Position numbers and translations under genes: made by a program
Notes under the pieces: model-generated
Told to the model about the DNA's origin: nothing
Database searches by the model: none
The model's input: the letters and a program-made list of their open reading frames with translations, nothing else
In this document: piece after piece, positions 1-8,533 of the stretch
Numbering within the stretch: the first letter of the stretch is position 1
Layout of the letters: each line of letters starts with the position of its first letter
Source of the DNA: a virus
DNA: 32,355 nucleotides
IMG/VR virus record: IMGVR_UViG_3300017786_000069
Span: 1 to 32,355 of that record
Reading direction: 5' to 3' (one strand)

Positions 1-123
1 GTATTAAGAATCAAAGACTTACAGGACAGAGACGCAGAGCAAGTATTCACACGATATGCAGCAGAATTATCAGGCAGAAATGCACTTGCTAAAGTAGGAA
101 TAAAATCAGAAAGAAGTTTTAAC
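1..123. repeat. Terminal direct repeat, copy 1 (circular-closure overlap of the contig)
   Basis: nt 1-123 (gtattaagaatcaaagac...gaaagaagttttaac) recur base for base at 32233-32355; both copies sit in the same reading frame of one ORF. Confidence 0.95.
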
Positions 124-1524
124 AAATTACTTGATAGAAATTTAGCAGAAGCAGCAGATAGAGAAGGTAACGCTGGAAAAGCAAGAGCAGAAAAAGATAA
201 TCTGGTTGCACAAACTATCTTCAATATGATTATCAATAGACGTGCGCCATTGGCAGCTGATGCACAAGGTAATTTTGCTAGGTCAGCTAGGCTTGTTCAA
301 GATTATAATTTTATAAGATTAATGAACCAAGTAGGTTTTGCCCAAATAGCAGAATTAGGAAATGCTCTAGCGATTGGTGGTTTTAGAGGTGTTTTGCAAT
401 CTGTGCCTTCTATAAAATCAATGTTAAAAAGAGCAAGAAATGGCGAAATAGAAGACCCAGTAATGAGAGACCTTGAAAGTGTTTCTGGTATCGGCTCAGA
501 CAGATTGACAATGCAAGCAATGAATAAAGCAGATACGATAGGTGTTTTTAGTGAGGGCAGAGGAGATTTAATAGATAAAGCATTATTCGGTGGGCAACCC
601 CTTAAAAGAATTACGGCTGACATATCTGGAATGGCCCCAGTAACATTAGCCTTAGAAAGAATGGCAGCGCGTATTGCAGTACAAACATTAACAGATGTCG
701 CGTTTCGTAGCAAAAAACTTTCACGAGCAAGATTGGCTGGTCTAGGTTTAAGTGAAGAAATGTCAGAAAGAGTTTTCAATCAAATTAAAAAAAATGCAAT
801 AACACAGCCTTCAACGTTGTTTAGAAATAAAAAAATAAAAGCCATAAATCTTGCACAATGGGATGACACAGAATCAAGAGATGCGTTTACAGTTGCTATT
901 GCACGATGGACAAGAAGAAGCATACAACAAAATGACGTGGGTAATTTAAATTTATATATGACTTCTACTATGGGTCAGATACTTACACAGTTCCGCACAT
1001 TTATGCTTGTATCTCATGCCAAACAATTTTTACACAACATCAAAGCTAACGATTTTAAAGCATATTCAGCAATGATGTATTCAGCAACATTTGCTGGTTT
1101 GTCTTACATGGCACAACAACAAGCAAATGCGATTGGAAGAGAAGATAAAGAAGAGTTTTTAAAAAAAAGATTATCAGCAGAATCTATAGCAAAAGCATCT
1201 TTTCAAAGAAGTTCTTGGGCTGCATTGTTTCCTGGTCTAATTGATACAGGGGCTGCTTTCTTTACTGATGACCCAGTTTTTGCATATAGAAGCACAGGGT
1301 TAGATACACAATTCATAACAGGAAACCCAACAGTCCAATTAATTAGTAAGGGTATTGGTAGCGCACAAGCTGTTTCTCGTTCCATAATAAACCCGGATTT
1401 ACAATTTTCACAAGGAAATCAAAGAGCATTAAATACTATAGTTCCATTCAACAATGCTTTGGGTATTAAAAATGCTTTAAACAAGTTAGTTGATATGCGT
1501 CCAGAGAGTACAAAAGTAGAGTAG
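1..1524 (+). CDS. Internal virion / ejection protein, C-terminal part (continuation of 29563..32355; T7 gp16 position)
   Basis: Frame 1 is open from nt 1 (VLRIKDLQDRDAEQVF...) to TAG at 1522-1524 and continues the frame running off the window end. The track entry 226..1524 is only the first internal Met. Confidence 0.85.
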   Translation, partial: VLRIKDLQDRDAEQVFTRYAAELSGRNALAKVGIKSERSFNKLLDRNLAEAADREGNAGKARAEKDNLVAQTIFNMIINRRAPLAADAQGNFARSARLVQDYNFIRLMNQVGFAQIAELGNALAIGGFRGVLQSVPSIKSMLKRARNGEIEDPVMRDLESVSGIGSDRLTMQAMNKADTIGVFSEGRGDLIDKALFGGQPLKRITADISGMAPVTLALERMAARIAVQTLTDVAFRSKKLSRARLAGLGLSEEMSERVFNQIKKNAITQPSTLFRNKKIKAINLAQWDDTESRDAFTVAIARWTRRSIQQNDVGNLNLYMTSTMGQILTQFRTFMLVSHAKQFLHNIKANDFKAYSAMMYSATFAGLSYMAQQQANAIGREDKEEFLKKRLSAESIAKASFQRSSWAALFPGLIDTGAAFFTDDPVFAYRSTGLDTQFITGNPTVQLISKGIGSAQAVSRSIINPDLQFSQGNQRALNTIVPFNNALGIKNALNKLVDMRPESTKVE

Positions 1525-1575
1525 CACTTTGCTGACACATAAAAATAAGGTATAAGGATTTAAGTAGGAGTAGAT

Positions 1576-2841
1576 ATGACAGTCAGTAGCACTACAACAA
1601 AAGTCAGCTATAGTGGTGATGGCACTACCTCTGCTTTTGCCTATAGTTTCAAGATATTCCTAGATACAGAATTAAAGATTGTTATTAGAACAGATAGCAC
1701 TGGTGCAGAAGTTACCAAAACAATCAACACAGATTATCTTGTAAGCAATGCTGGTGAGCAAGATGGTGGCACTGTTACGTTTAAGTTTGATACTGGTAAT
1801 TCTGATGATAGTAATTACGATACAACGGACAGAAGACCACAAAGCGGTGAGACTCTTTTAATAAAACGTGTAATGACACTTACACAAAATACAGACTATA
1901 CACCCAATGATAGCTTCCCAGCAGCTTCACATGAAGATGCATTAGATAAACTCACATTTATAAATCAACAGCAACAAGAAGAGTTAGACAGAACATTTAA
2001 GTTTGCAGAAACTGATACAGGTTCAATAACCATACCTACCTCAACAGAGAGAGCTAGTAAGTATCTGGGCTTTGATGGAAGTGGTGATGTTATTGCGGTG
2101 GCTGGAACAGCAGATGTAACACCAATATCCACGTTTGCTGCTACTATTGTAGATGATACGAGCGCATCTGCGGTAAGAACAACTATCGGGCTTGGTAGTT
2201 TAGCAACTCTAAATACAGTAGGCTCATCACAGATAGATGCTAATTCAGTCACAGCAAGTGAACTTAATATATCTGGCAATGGTAGTTCTGGGCAATCAAT
2301 TGTTTCAGATGCAGACGGCTCTTTTAGTTATTCGACTATTTTTCCTTTTGTAGCTGGTATGGTTATTCCCTTTGCTGGGTCATCTGCCCCCACAGGGTTT
2401 TTATTGTGTGGCGGTCAAGCTGTAAGTCGCACAACTTATTCTGATTTGTTTGCAGTTGTTGGAACGACGTATGGTGTTGGTGATGGCTCGTCTACATTTA
2501 ATCTACCAGACTTACAAGGTCGTGTAGTTGCTGGTAAAGATGATATGTCTGGGTCATCTGCCAATCGTTTGACTGACCAGACAGGTGGTTTAAATGGCGA
2601 TACATTAGGTGATACTGGCGGTACAGAATCACATACATTAACCACTGCACAACTACCAGCGCACAGTCATGGTACAGTAGTAACTGCCGTAACTCCAAGT
2701 TTTAAAACTAACACTGGGGATGGTAGTGCGTCTGTGGTTCAAAGTATAAGTGTATCTTCGGGAGCTACAAACACAGGTTCTGGTAGCGCACACAACAACG
2801 TACAGCCAACAATCATTCTCAACTACATTATAAAGATATAA
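1576..2841 (+). CDS. Tail fibre 1: shared N-terminal anchor domain plus C-terminal phage tail-collar-type domain
   Basis: GGAG RBS (taagtaggagtagatATG). The N-terminus (YSGDGTTSAFAYSF...NDSFPAASHEDALDKL) parallels the next gene. The C-terminus (FAGSSAPTGFLLCGGQAVSRTTYSDLFAVVGTTYG..STFNLPDLQGR...HSHTLT..LPAHSHG...NNVQPT) matches the tail-collar domain pattern. Confidence 0.8.
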   Translation: MTVSSTTTKVSYSGDGTTSAFAYSFKIFLDTELKIVIRTDSTGAEVTKTINTDYLVSNAGEQDGGTVTFKFDTGNSDDSNYDTTDRRPQSGETLLIKRVMTLTQNTDYTPNDSFPAASHEDALDKLTFINQQQQEELDRTFKFAETDTGSITIPTSTERASKYLGFDGSGDVIAVAGTADVTPISTFAATIVDDTSASAVRTTIGLGSLATLNTVGSSQIDANSVTASELNISGNGSSGQSIVSDADGSFSYSTIFPFVAGMVIPFAGSSAPTGFLLCGGQAVSRTTYSDLFAVVGTTYGVGDGSSTFNLPDLQGRVVAGKDDMSGSSANRLTDQTGGLNGDTLGDTGGTESHTLTTAQLPAHSHGTVVTAVTPSFKTNTGDGSASVVQSISVSSGATNTGSGSAHNNVQPTIILNYIIKI

Positions 2842-2845
2842 AGCC

Positions 2846-5800
2846 ATGACAGTTACAACAACCACAACGACAAATACATATACAGGCGATGGGTCTACCA
2901 CTGCTTTTAGTTTTACCTTTGAGATATTAGAAACAACAGATATCAAGGTAATTGTTGTAACAACAGCAACAGGTGCAGAGTCTGTTAGGTCTATAGGTAC
3001 AGGTAGTACAAACTATGCAGTAACTGGCACTGGTAATGTTAATGGTGGTACAGTCACTTTCGTTACTGCTCCTACGGCAAGTCAAACTGTATTCTTAATG
3101 CGTAATATGAGTTTTACACAGCCTACTAATTACAGAGTAAACGACCCATTCCCAGCAGAAACACATGAAAATGCTTTAGATAGAATGGCATTGCAAATAC
3201 AGCAGATAGGAAGACGATTAGATAGAGCCTTACTTAGACCAGAATCAGATACAACATCCGGCACATTGCCACATAACATTGACCTCAAGGGTGGTGTGTT
3301 AAAATTTAATTCTAGCAGTGGTGTGCCAGAGGCAGATAGCACCCTTACATCTGTTGCAACTACATCCGTAAATGGATTGATGTCTAGCAGTGATAAGGCA
3401 AAACTAGACGGTATTGAAGCAAGTGCCACAACAGACCAGACTGCAAGTGATATAAGAACACTTGTTGAAAGTGCAAGTGATAGTAATGTATTTACAGATG
3501 CAGACCATACTAAGTTAAACGCTATAGAAGCATCTGCAACGGCTGACCAAGATGCATCTGACATAAGAGCATTAGGTTTTTTTGATACATCTAATGATGG
3601 CGCATCATCTGGATTAGATGCGGATAAATTAGATGGGCAAGAAGGTAGTCATTATTTAGATGCTGGTAATCTTACAGGCGCAGTAGCAAATGCCAGGCTA
3701 GATGCACAGCTACAAGATGTGGCTGGATTAGCTGTTACAGATAGTGGGTTTATTGTAGGTGATGGGTCTAACTTTGTGCTTGAAACTGGTGCTACGGTTA
3801 GAACATCACTTGGGCTTGGTACGGCTGCTACGTTAGATACTGGCATATCAAATACAAATGTGCCTAAGTTTACGAGCGGTGTAGCAGATGATGACTTTTT
3901 GCGTGTAAATGGTACAGCAATAGAAGGACGCTCTGCTGCGGAAGTATTGTCAGACATTGGCGGTATTACAGCTAGTTCTACAGATACTCTGACAAACAAA
4001 ACGATTGATGCATCACAACTATCAGGCACGGTCTTAGATGCACGATTACCAGATTCTATATCCAGCAACATAACAGGCAATGCTGCTACAGCCACGCTTG
4101 CATCTACTGCAACGGTAAGTGATAGCACAGCTAATACAAACTTCCCTGTGGTGTTTCACGATGAATCAAATGCTTTGTTAGATGATACTGGTGCATTACG
4201 ATACAACCCAAGCACAGGCGAGTTACTTGTGCCAAAATTAACAGTAGCTGGAACAACAACGACTGTTGATACAGTTACAATGAACGCAGCTAATGCAATC
4301 GTGTTTGAGGGTGCTACGGCTGATGCCTTTGAGACTACGCTTACAATACAAGACCCAACTGGTTCTGATAAAACTATTACACTTCCAAATGCCACAGGCA
4401 CTATTCTGTTAGCTGATGGAGATGGCTCTAGTCTTACCAATGTAAACGCTACCACCCTTGATAGCGTAGACAGTACATCATTCTTGCGCAGTGATGCGGC
4501 AGATGTAAAAACAAGTGGAAATTTAAGATTTAACGATAGCGTAAAAGCAACATTTGGAACAACAGATGATGATTTACAAATATTTCACTCAGGTACAAAC
4601 TCATTTATTCAAGATTTAGGAACAGGAAATCTTTATATTACGAGCAATGGTACGCAGATTTTATTAAGAAACACAGCAGATAACGAAGATTTAGCTAAGT
4701 TTATTAATGGTGGCGCAGTGGAACTATACCATGACAATAGCAAGAAGCTAGAGACTACATCAAGCGGTGCGACAGTAACAGGGGTGCTTACTGCTGATGG
4801 CTTAGACTTAGGTGATAGTGAGAAAATACGACTAGGTGCATCTCAAGATTTAGAGATATATCACGATGGCTCAAACAGTTTCATTAACGATGTTGGAACT
4901 GGAAGTGTTGTAATGAGAACGAATGGTAGCTTCTTTCAGTTTGATACACCTTCAACAGTTATGGCTAAATTTATTAAAGATGGGGCAGTAGAATTAAGGC
5001 ATAACAATAATCTCAAGTTTTCAACTTCTAGCACTGGTGCGACAGTAACAGGAGTGCTTACTGCTGATGGCTTAGACTTAGGTGATGATGAGAAAATACG
5101 ACTAGGTGCTTCACAGGATTTAGAGATATTTCACGATGGTTCTAATAGTTTTATTAAAGATACTGGTACTGGTGATTTAGTAATAGAAGCAACGCATCTT
5201 AGATTTAGGGCGGCTAATGGTGAAACATACTTTCTTGGAACAGCTAATGGTGCAGTAGAACTTTACTACGACAACAGTAAAAAGATTGAAACTACATCTA
5301 CTGGTGCGACAATCACAGGCACAGCTAAAGCTACCACAGCATTTCAAGTTGATGGTGCATCTTCTGGAAGCGGATTATTCGGTGCGTCAGGTTCATCTGG
5401 TGGCGCAAAAATTAATGCCAGTGCAGGAAGTGACGCTACAACTTTTATAGATTTTGATGCTCCTGATATTAGTGCTAGTGGGGGTGATATATTTTATAGG
5501 TTTGGACGAGGTACTACAGAAGCCACTGATGAATTAAGTGCATTAGTTTTTTATGCACATGATAGTGGTAATAATCCTGTTTTCCAAGTTACAACAAACT
5601 CTGATCTAACATTAACTTCTTATGATGCTGGTTCATCAGAGAACCCCACACTAGATTTATACAGAAACAGTGCAAGTCCTGCCACAAATGATAAACTTGG
5701 TCATATCAATTTTAGTGGTGAAAATGATGCTGATGAGAAAATCGTATATGGAGAAGTGGAGGGTCAAACTACATCAGCCGCAGATGGTAATGAGTACGGT

Positions 5801-6310
5801 GCTGTTAATATAAGTGCAATGATAAATGGCACATTCACACAACATTACAGTGCTATTTTTGGAGAAAATAGATTCAGTAGAAACATTCGCTTAAATACTG
5901 GAATTAATTTATTGTTTGAGGGGGCTACGAATAATAACAACGAAACGACCCTGACTGTCACCGACCCCACAGCAGACCGCACCATAACATTACCTGATAG
6001 CACAGGCACTGTTCAATTAACTAGTTCATCAGACAGACGTTTAAAGAAAAACATAGAACCAGCATCATCTGCATCTCAGAAAATAGATGATATCAATGTC
6101 TATCAATTCGACTGGATAGAAGATAACAAGCATGAAGATTTCGGTGTCGTAGCACAGGAGATGCAAGAGGTATTTCCTGACTGTGTAGCAGTACAAGACC
6201 CAGAGACAGGCTATCTTGGAATAGATTACAGCAAGCTCGTTCCTGTGTTGTTAAAAGAATTAAAAGATTTAAGGGCAAGAGTTGCTGATTTAGAGAATAA
6301 AGATGGATAA
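2846..6310 (+). CDS. Tail fibre/spike 2 (1154 aa) with internal repeats and a C-terminal intramolecular-chaperone (peptidase S74-type) domain
   Basis: N-terminus YTGDGSTTAFSFTF...NDPFPAETHENALDRM. Three ~90-aa repeats (DLEI[YF]HDGSNSFI..GTG...GAVEL.H.N.KK.ETT..GATVTG). C-terminus SSSDRRLKKNIEP...YQFDW......GVVAQEMQEVFPDCV...GIDYSKLVPVLLKELKDL, typical of autoproteolytic chaperone modules. Confidence 0.85.
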   Translation: MTVTTTTTTNTYTGDGSTTAFSFTFEILETTDIKVIVVTTATGAESVRSIGTGSTNYAVTGTGNVNGGTVTFVTAPTASQTVFLMRNMSFTQPTNYRVNDPFPAETHENALDRMALQIQQIGRRLDRALLRPESDTTSGTLPHNIDLKGGVLKFNSSSGVPEADSTLTSVATTSVNGLMSSSDKAKLDGIEASATTDQTASDIRTLVESASDSNVFTDADHTKLNAIEASATADQDASDIRALGFFDTSNDGASSGLDADKLDGQEGSHYLDAGNLTGAVANARLDAQLQDVAGLAVTDSGFIVGDGSNFVLETGATVRTSLGLGTAATLDTGISNTNVPKFTSGVADDDFLRVNGTAIEGRSAAEVLSDIGGITASSTDTLTNKTIDASQLSGTVLDARLPDSISSNITGNAATATLASTATVSDSTANTNFPVVFHDESNALLDDTGALRYNPSTGELLVPKLTVAGTTTTVDTVTMNAANAIVFEGATADAFETTLTIQDPTGSDKTITLPNATGTILLADGDGSSLTNVNATTLDSVDSTSFLRSDAADVKTSGNLRFNDSVKATFGTTDDDLQIFHSGTNSFIQDLGTGNLYITSNGTQILLRNTADNEDLAKFINGGAVELYHDNSKKLETTSSGATVTGVLTADGLDLGDSEKIRLGASQDLEIYHDGSNSFINDVGTGSVVMRTNGSFFQFDTPSTVMAKFIKDGAVELRHNNNLKFSTSSTGATVTGVLTADGLDLGDDEKIRLGASQDLEIFHDGSNSFIKDTGTGDLVIEATHLRFRAANGETYFLGTANGAVELYYDNSKKIETTSTGATITGTAKATTAFQVDGASSGSGLFGASGSSGGAKINASAGSDATTFIDFDAPDISASGGDIFYRFGRGTTEATDELSALVFYAHDSGNNPVFQVTTNSDLTLTSYDAGSSENPTLDLYRNSASPATNDKLGHINFSGENDADEKIVYGEVEGQTTSAADGNEYGAVNISAMINGTFTQHYSAIFGENRFSRNIRLNTGINLLFEGATNNNNETTLTVTDPTADRTITLPDSTGTVQLTSSSDRRLKKNIEPASSASQKIDDINVYQFDWIEDNKHEDFGVVAQEMQEVFPDCVAVQDPETGYLGIDYSKLVPVLLKELKDLRARVADLENKDG

Positions 6311-6470
6311 GTTAACAGCACATGAAATGATTTGTGAAGAACGCTACAAAGGTCTAGTTGAGAAATTAGAGGACATGAACAAGCGTATGTGGCGGTTAGA
6401 AGGATTGACGATGGTATCAACAATAGCGGTGGTAGGAGCAGCTGTAACAGTGGTTACGTTGATAGTGTAA
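6303..6470 (+). CDS. Small protein (55 aa) with C-terminal transmembrane helix; below the ORF-track cutoff
   Basis: ATG 6303 overlaps the fibre stop. Translation MDKLTAHEMICEERYKGLVEKLEDMNKRMWRLEGLTMVSTIAVVGAAVTVVTLIV. TAATG junction with the next gene. Confidence 0.55.
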   Translation: MDKLTAHEMICEERYKGLVEKLEDMNKRMWRLEGLTMVSTIAVVGAAVTVVTLIV

Positions 6471-6943
6471 TGGTTGACCCAATTTCAGCAATGGCAATCG
6501 CTGGTACTGCTTTTAATGCTTTAAAAAAAGGTGTATCCATTGGTAGAGACATCGAGAGCATGGGCAAAGACCTCTCTCGATGGATGTCTGCTGTATCTGA
6601 TGTAGATAGAGCGCATCATGAGGCAAAAAACCCACCTATATTTAAAAAACTATTTAATGGTGCATCTGTTGAGCAAGAAGCTATAGAGTTATTTACTCAG
6701 AAGAAACAACTTGAAAATCAAAGAGATGAATTGCGTAAGTTAATATCTTCTATGTGTGGGCCTAGTGCTTGGCAAGAACTCATTCGTATGGAAAAAGATA
6801 TTAGGCAACAACGCAAAGAAACTATTTACAAGCAACGTGAAGCTCGTAAACATTTCATGGAAGCAATAGCAATTATATTTTTAGGAATAACTATTGTAGG
6901 TTTCTTTGTCTTAATACTTTATCTTTGGCATAACAAAGGCTAG
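6470..6943 (+). CDS. Hypothetical C-terminally membrane-anchored protein (157 aa)
   Basis: Start at MVDPISAMAIAG (TAATG coupling) rather than the track start 6389. Coiled-coil-like middle section. C-terminal hydrophobic helix AIAIIFLGITIVGFFVLILYLW. Confidence 0.6.
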   Translation: MVDPISAMAIAGTAFNALKKGVSIGRDIESMGKDLSRWMSAVSDVDRAHHEAKNPPIFKKLFNGASVEQEAIELFTQKKQLENQRDELRKLISSMCGPSAWQELIRMEKDIRQQRKETIYKQREARKHFMEAIAIIFLGITIVGFFVLILYLWHNKG

Positions 6944-6945
6944 AC

Positions 6946-7275
6946 ATGATACAAAAGAAATTAGAAAAAGATAGTAAATACAGTTACTTAGATGTAGATG
7001 GTGACGGTATAGTTGATGATGATGAAATGCGTTTACATGACATGGAGATGCAAGACAGAAAAGAAAATGCACAACTCCGCAAACTAACAGCACAAAGACG
7101 CATGGCAACAGCCGTGTTATGTTTTATGGCTGTATATACTTTGTTAATGTTTGCGCCTTTTGTTCCTGATACACGTATCAAACTACTTACTGATTTGTCA
7201 AACTTGCTGTATATAACAGGCGGTGGTATAGTAGGAGCATACATGGGTGTTAGCGCATGGCTGAGTAAAAAATGA
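6946..7275 (+). CDS. Membrane protein with N-terminal canonical EF-hand loop and two predicted TM helices
   Basis: DVDGDGIVDDDE fits the 12-residue EF-hand loop (D1, D3, D5, G6, hydrophobic 8, E12). Hydrophobic segments ATAVLCFMAVYTLLMFAPFV and LLYITGGGIVGAYMGVSAWL. Confidence 0.65.
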   Translation: MIQKKLEKDSKYSYLDVDGDGIVDDDEMRLHDMEMQDRKENAQLRKLTAQRRMATAVLCFMAVYTLLMFAPFVPDTRIKLLTDLSNLLYITGGGIVGAYMGVSAWLSKK

Positions 7276-7487
7276 TAGAAATACACCACAATGCAGAGAT
7301 AGCGTGGGTGCTTGTGGTAGCAGTGTGGGGTAACAACGGTATAGATTGGCATCCTATTGGTCAGATGGTATTGCAACAACCTATGTTAGAACAGCAATGT
7401 AATTGGTTAGCAAGAGATGAAATGTGGGAACAATTTTATGGTAACCAATATTACAAAATGACTGCTCAATGTTATCCAGAGGAGTAG
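7272..7487 (+). CDS. Hypothetical protein with N-terminal hydrophobic segment (71 aa)
   Basis: ATGA overlap with the upstream gene; segment IAWVLVVAVWG; no recognisable motif. Confidence 0.5.
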   Translation: MIEIHHNAEIAWVLVVAVWGNNGIDWHPIGQMVLQQPMLEQQCNWLARDEMWEQFYGNQYYKMTAQCYPEE

Positions 7488-7490
7488 CAA

Positions 7491-7886
7491 ATGATACAAG
7501 CATTGATAGGGCCAGTAACAGGATTATTAGATAAGTTTGTTGAGGACAAAGACCAGAAGAACGCACTTGCCCATGAAATCGCCACACTCGCAGAAAAACA
7601 AGCGCACGAAGCGCAACTCGCCCAAGTCGAAGTCAACAAAGCAGAAGCCCAGCACAGGTCAATATTTGTTGCTGGATGGCGTCCCTTTACAGGATGGGTC
7701 ACTGCGTTCGCGCTTGCGTACCACTTTATCATTACTCCGTTTATTCTTTTCGCAACTGCGATTGCTGGTATTGAAATACCTGAACTACCTAGTTTCGACA
7801 TGGAAACCTTAACAACTATTCTGCTTGGAATGTTAGGTCTTGGTGGTATGCGTAGCTTCGAGAAGTTTAAAGGAGTATCTAAATGA
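7491..7886 (+). CDS. Holin (3-TM type, resembling the holins of alphaproteobacterial gene transfer agents and phages)
   Basis: GAGGAG RBS. N-terminal amphipathic/coiled part, then QVEVNKAEAQHRSIFVAGWRPFTGWVTAFALAYHFIITPFILF plus further hydrophobic helices. The N.AEA....F.AGWRP..GW pattern is what I recall for that holin family. Confidence 0.7.
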   Translation: MIQALIGPVTGLLDKFVEDKDQKNALAHEIATLAEKQAHEAQLAQVEVNKAEAQHRSIFVAGWRPFTGWVTAFALAYHFIITPFILFATAIAGIEIPELPSFDMETLTTILLGMLGLGGMRSFEKFKGVSK

Positions 7887-8062
7887 GAAAGTTTGCTAAA
7901 GTTGCTAAGACAAAAAAAGGTGTGCCAAAGAAATATGTTAAGGGTGCAAAGAACCCTAAGAAAAGAGAAGCAGAGATAAAGCGTACCTCAAAGTTATATA
8001 GACAGGGTAAACTTACACCAGCTATGATGGATAGAATTAGTAAGCAGAGGAGCAAAGGATGA
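7883..8062 (+). CDS. Small highly basic protein (59 aa), not in the ORF track
   Basis: ATGA overlap at both ends. MRKFAKVAKTKKGVPKKYVKGAKNPKKREAEIKRTSKLYRQGKLTPAMMDRISKQRSKG. About one residue in three is Lys/Arg. Confidence 0.6.
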   Translation: MRKFAKVAKTKKGVPKKYVKGAKNPKKREAEIKRTSKLYRQGKLTPAMMDRISKQRSKG

Positions 8063-8301
8063 GCAAAGCAGCCGTTGTAGCAAAGTATTCTAAGTCATCT
8101 GGTATATCTAAAGGCACGTTAGGTAAGGTATATCAAAGAGGATTAGGTGCATATTATTCTAGCGGTAGTAGACCTAAAGTATCAGCACATCAGTGGGCAG
8201 CTGGGCGTGTTCGCTCATTTGCAACAGGCAAGGGTGGCGCACGTAAAGCAGATGCTGATTTAACTAGAGGTGGTAAAAAGAAAAAGGCAAAAAAGAAATG
8301 A
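8059..8301 (+). CDS. Basic protein (80 aa) with poly-Lys tail
   Basis: ORF track. VYQRGLGAYYSSGSRPKVSAHQWAAGRVRSFATGKGG core, tail GGKKKKAKKK. Translationally coupled on both sides. Confidence 0.65.
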   Translation: MSKAAVVAKYSKSSGISKGTLGKVYQRGLGAYYSSGSRPKVSAHQWAAGRVRSFATGKGGARKADADLTRGGKKKKAKKK

Positions 8302-8423
8302 TGACGAAACAGCAAAAGGCAAAGGTCAAAAAGGTAGCTTCTGGCTTGCGTAAAGCATCACGTTCTCATGCAGGACAAGCTAAATCACTACAATCTTTAT
8401 TGAAAAAGAAAGGTAAGAAATAA
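8298..8423 (+). CDS. Cationic micro-protein (41 aa)
   Basis: ATGA start, TAATG end. MMTKQQKAKVKKVASGLRKASRSHAGQAKSLQSLLKKKGKK. No acidic residues. Confidence 0.5.
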   Translation: MMTKQQKAKVKKVASGLRKASRSHAGQAKSLQSLLKKKGKK

Positions 8424-8533
8424 TGCCAGGTAAAAAACTATCGCCGAAACAAAAAAAACTTGCTCAAGTAGCATCACCGCGCAATAAAATAACTGGTGCT
8501 GATTTTAAGAAACTTAAAAAGAAAAAGAAATGA
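8423..8533 (+). CDS. Cationic micro-protein (36 aa) immediately upstream of the endolysin
   Basis: MPGKKLSPKQKKLAQVASPRNKITGADFKKLKKKKK; its TGA overlaps the endolysin ATG (ATGA). Confidence 0.5.
   Translation: MPGKKLSPKQKKLAQVASPRNKITGADFKKLKKKKK

Noticed and set aside
1-123. The 123-bp identical ends as physical direct terminal repeats of the virion DNA
   Set aside because: The repeat lies in the middle of a long ORF and keeps its frame across the junction. That pattern is what a circular-assembly overlap produces. True T7-type terminal repeats are normally non-coding. Cannot be fully excluded without reads.
303-779. 158-aa ORF on the - strand
   Set aside because: Antisense shadow inside the gp16-like gene. 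No RBS and odd composition. The same reasoning applies to 1203..1385.
3130-4455. Three - strand ORFs (3130..3564, 3652..4128, 4156..4455)
   Set aside because: Antisense to the long fibre gene. They are Ser/Ala/Val-rich mirror translations of a Thr/Ser/Ala/Asp-rich frame and have no start context.
6389-6469. N-terminal extension of the 6389..6943 ORF
   Set aside because: The extension overlaps the better-supported 55-aa gene 6303..6470. The internal ATG at 6470 forms a TAATG junction typical of this genome.
7537-7812. 91-aa alternative-frame ORF inside the holin gene, plus the - strand ORF 7472..7801
   Set aside because: The holin frame carries recognisable motifs and TM helices. The alternatives are low-complexity with no start signals.
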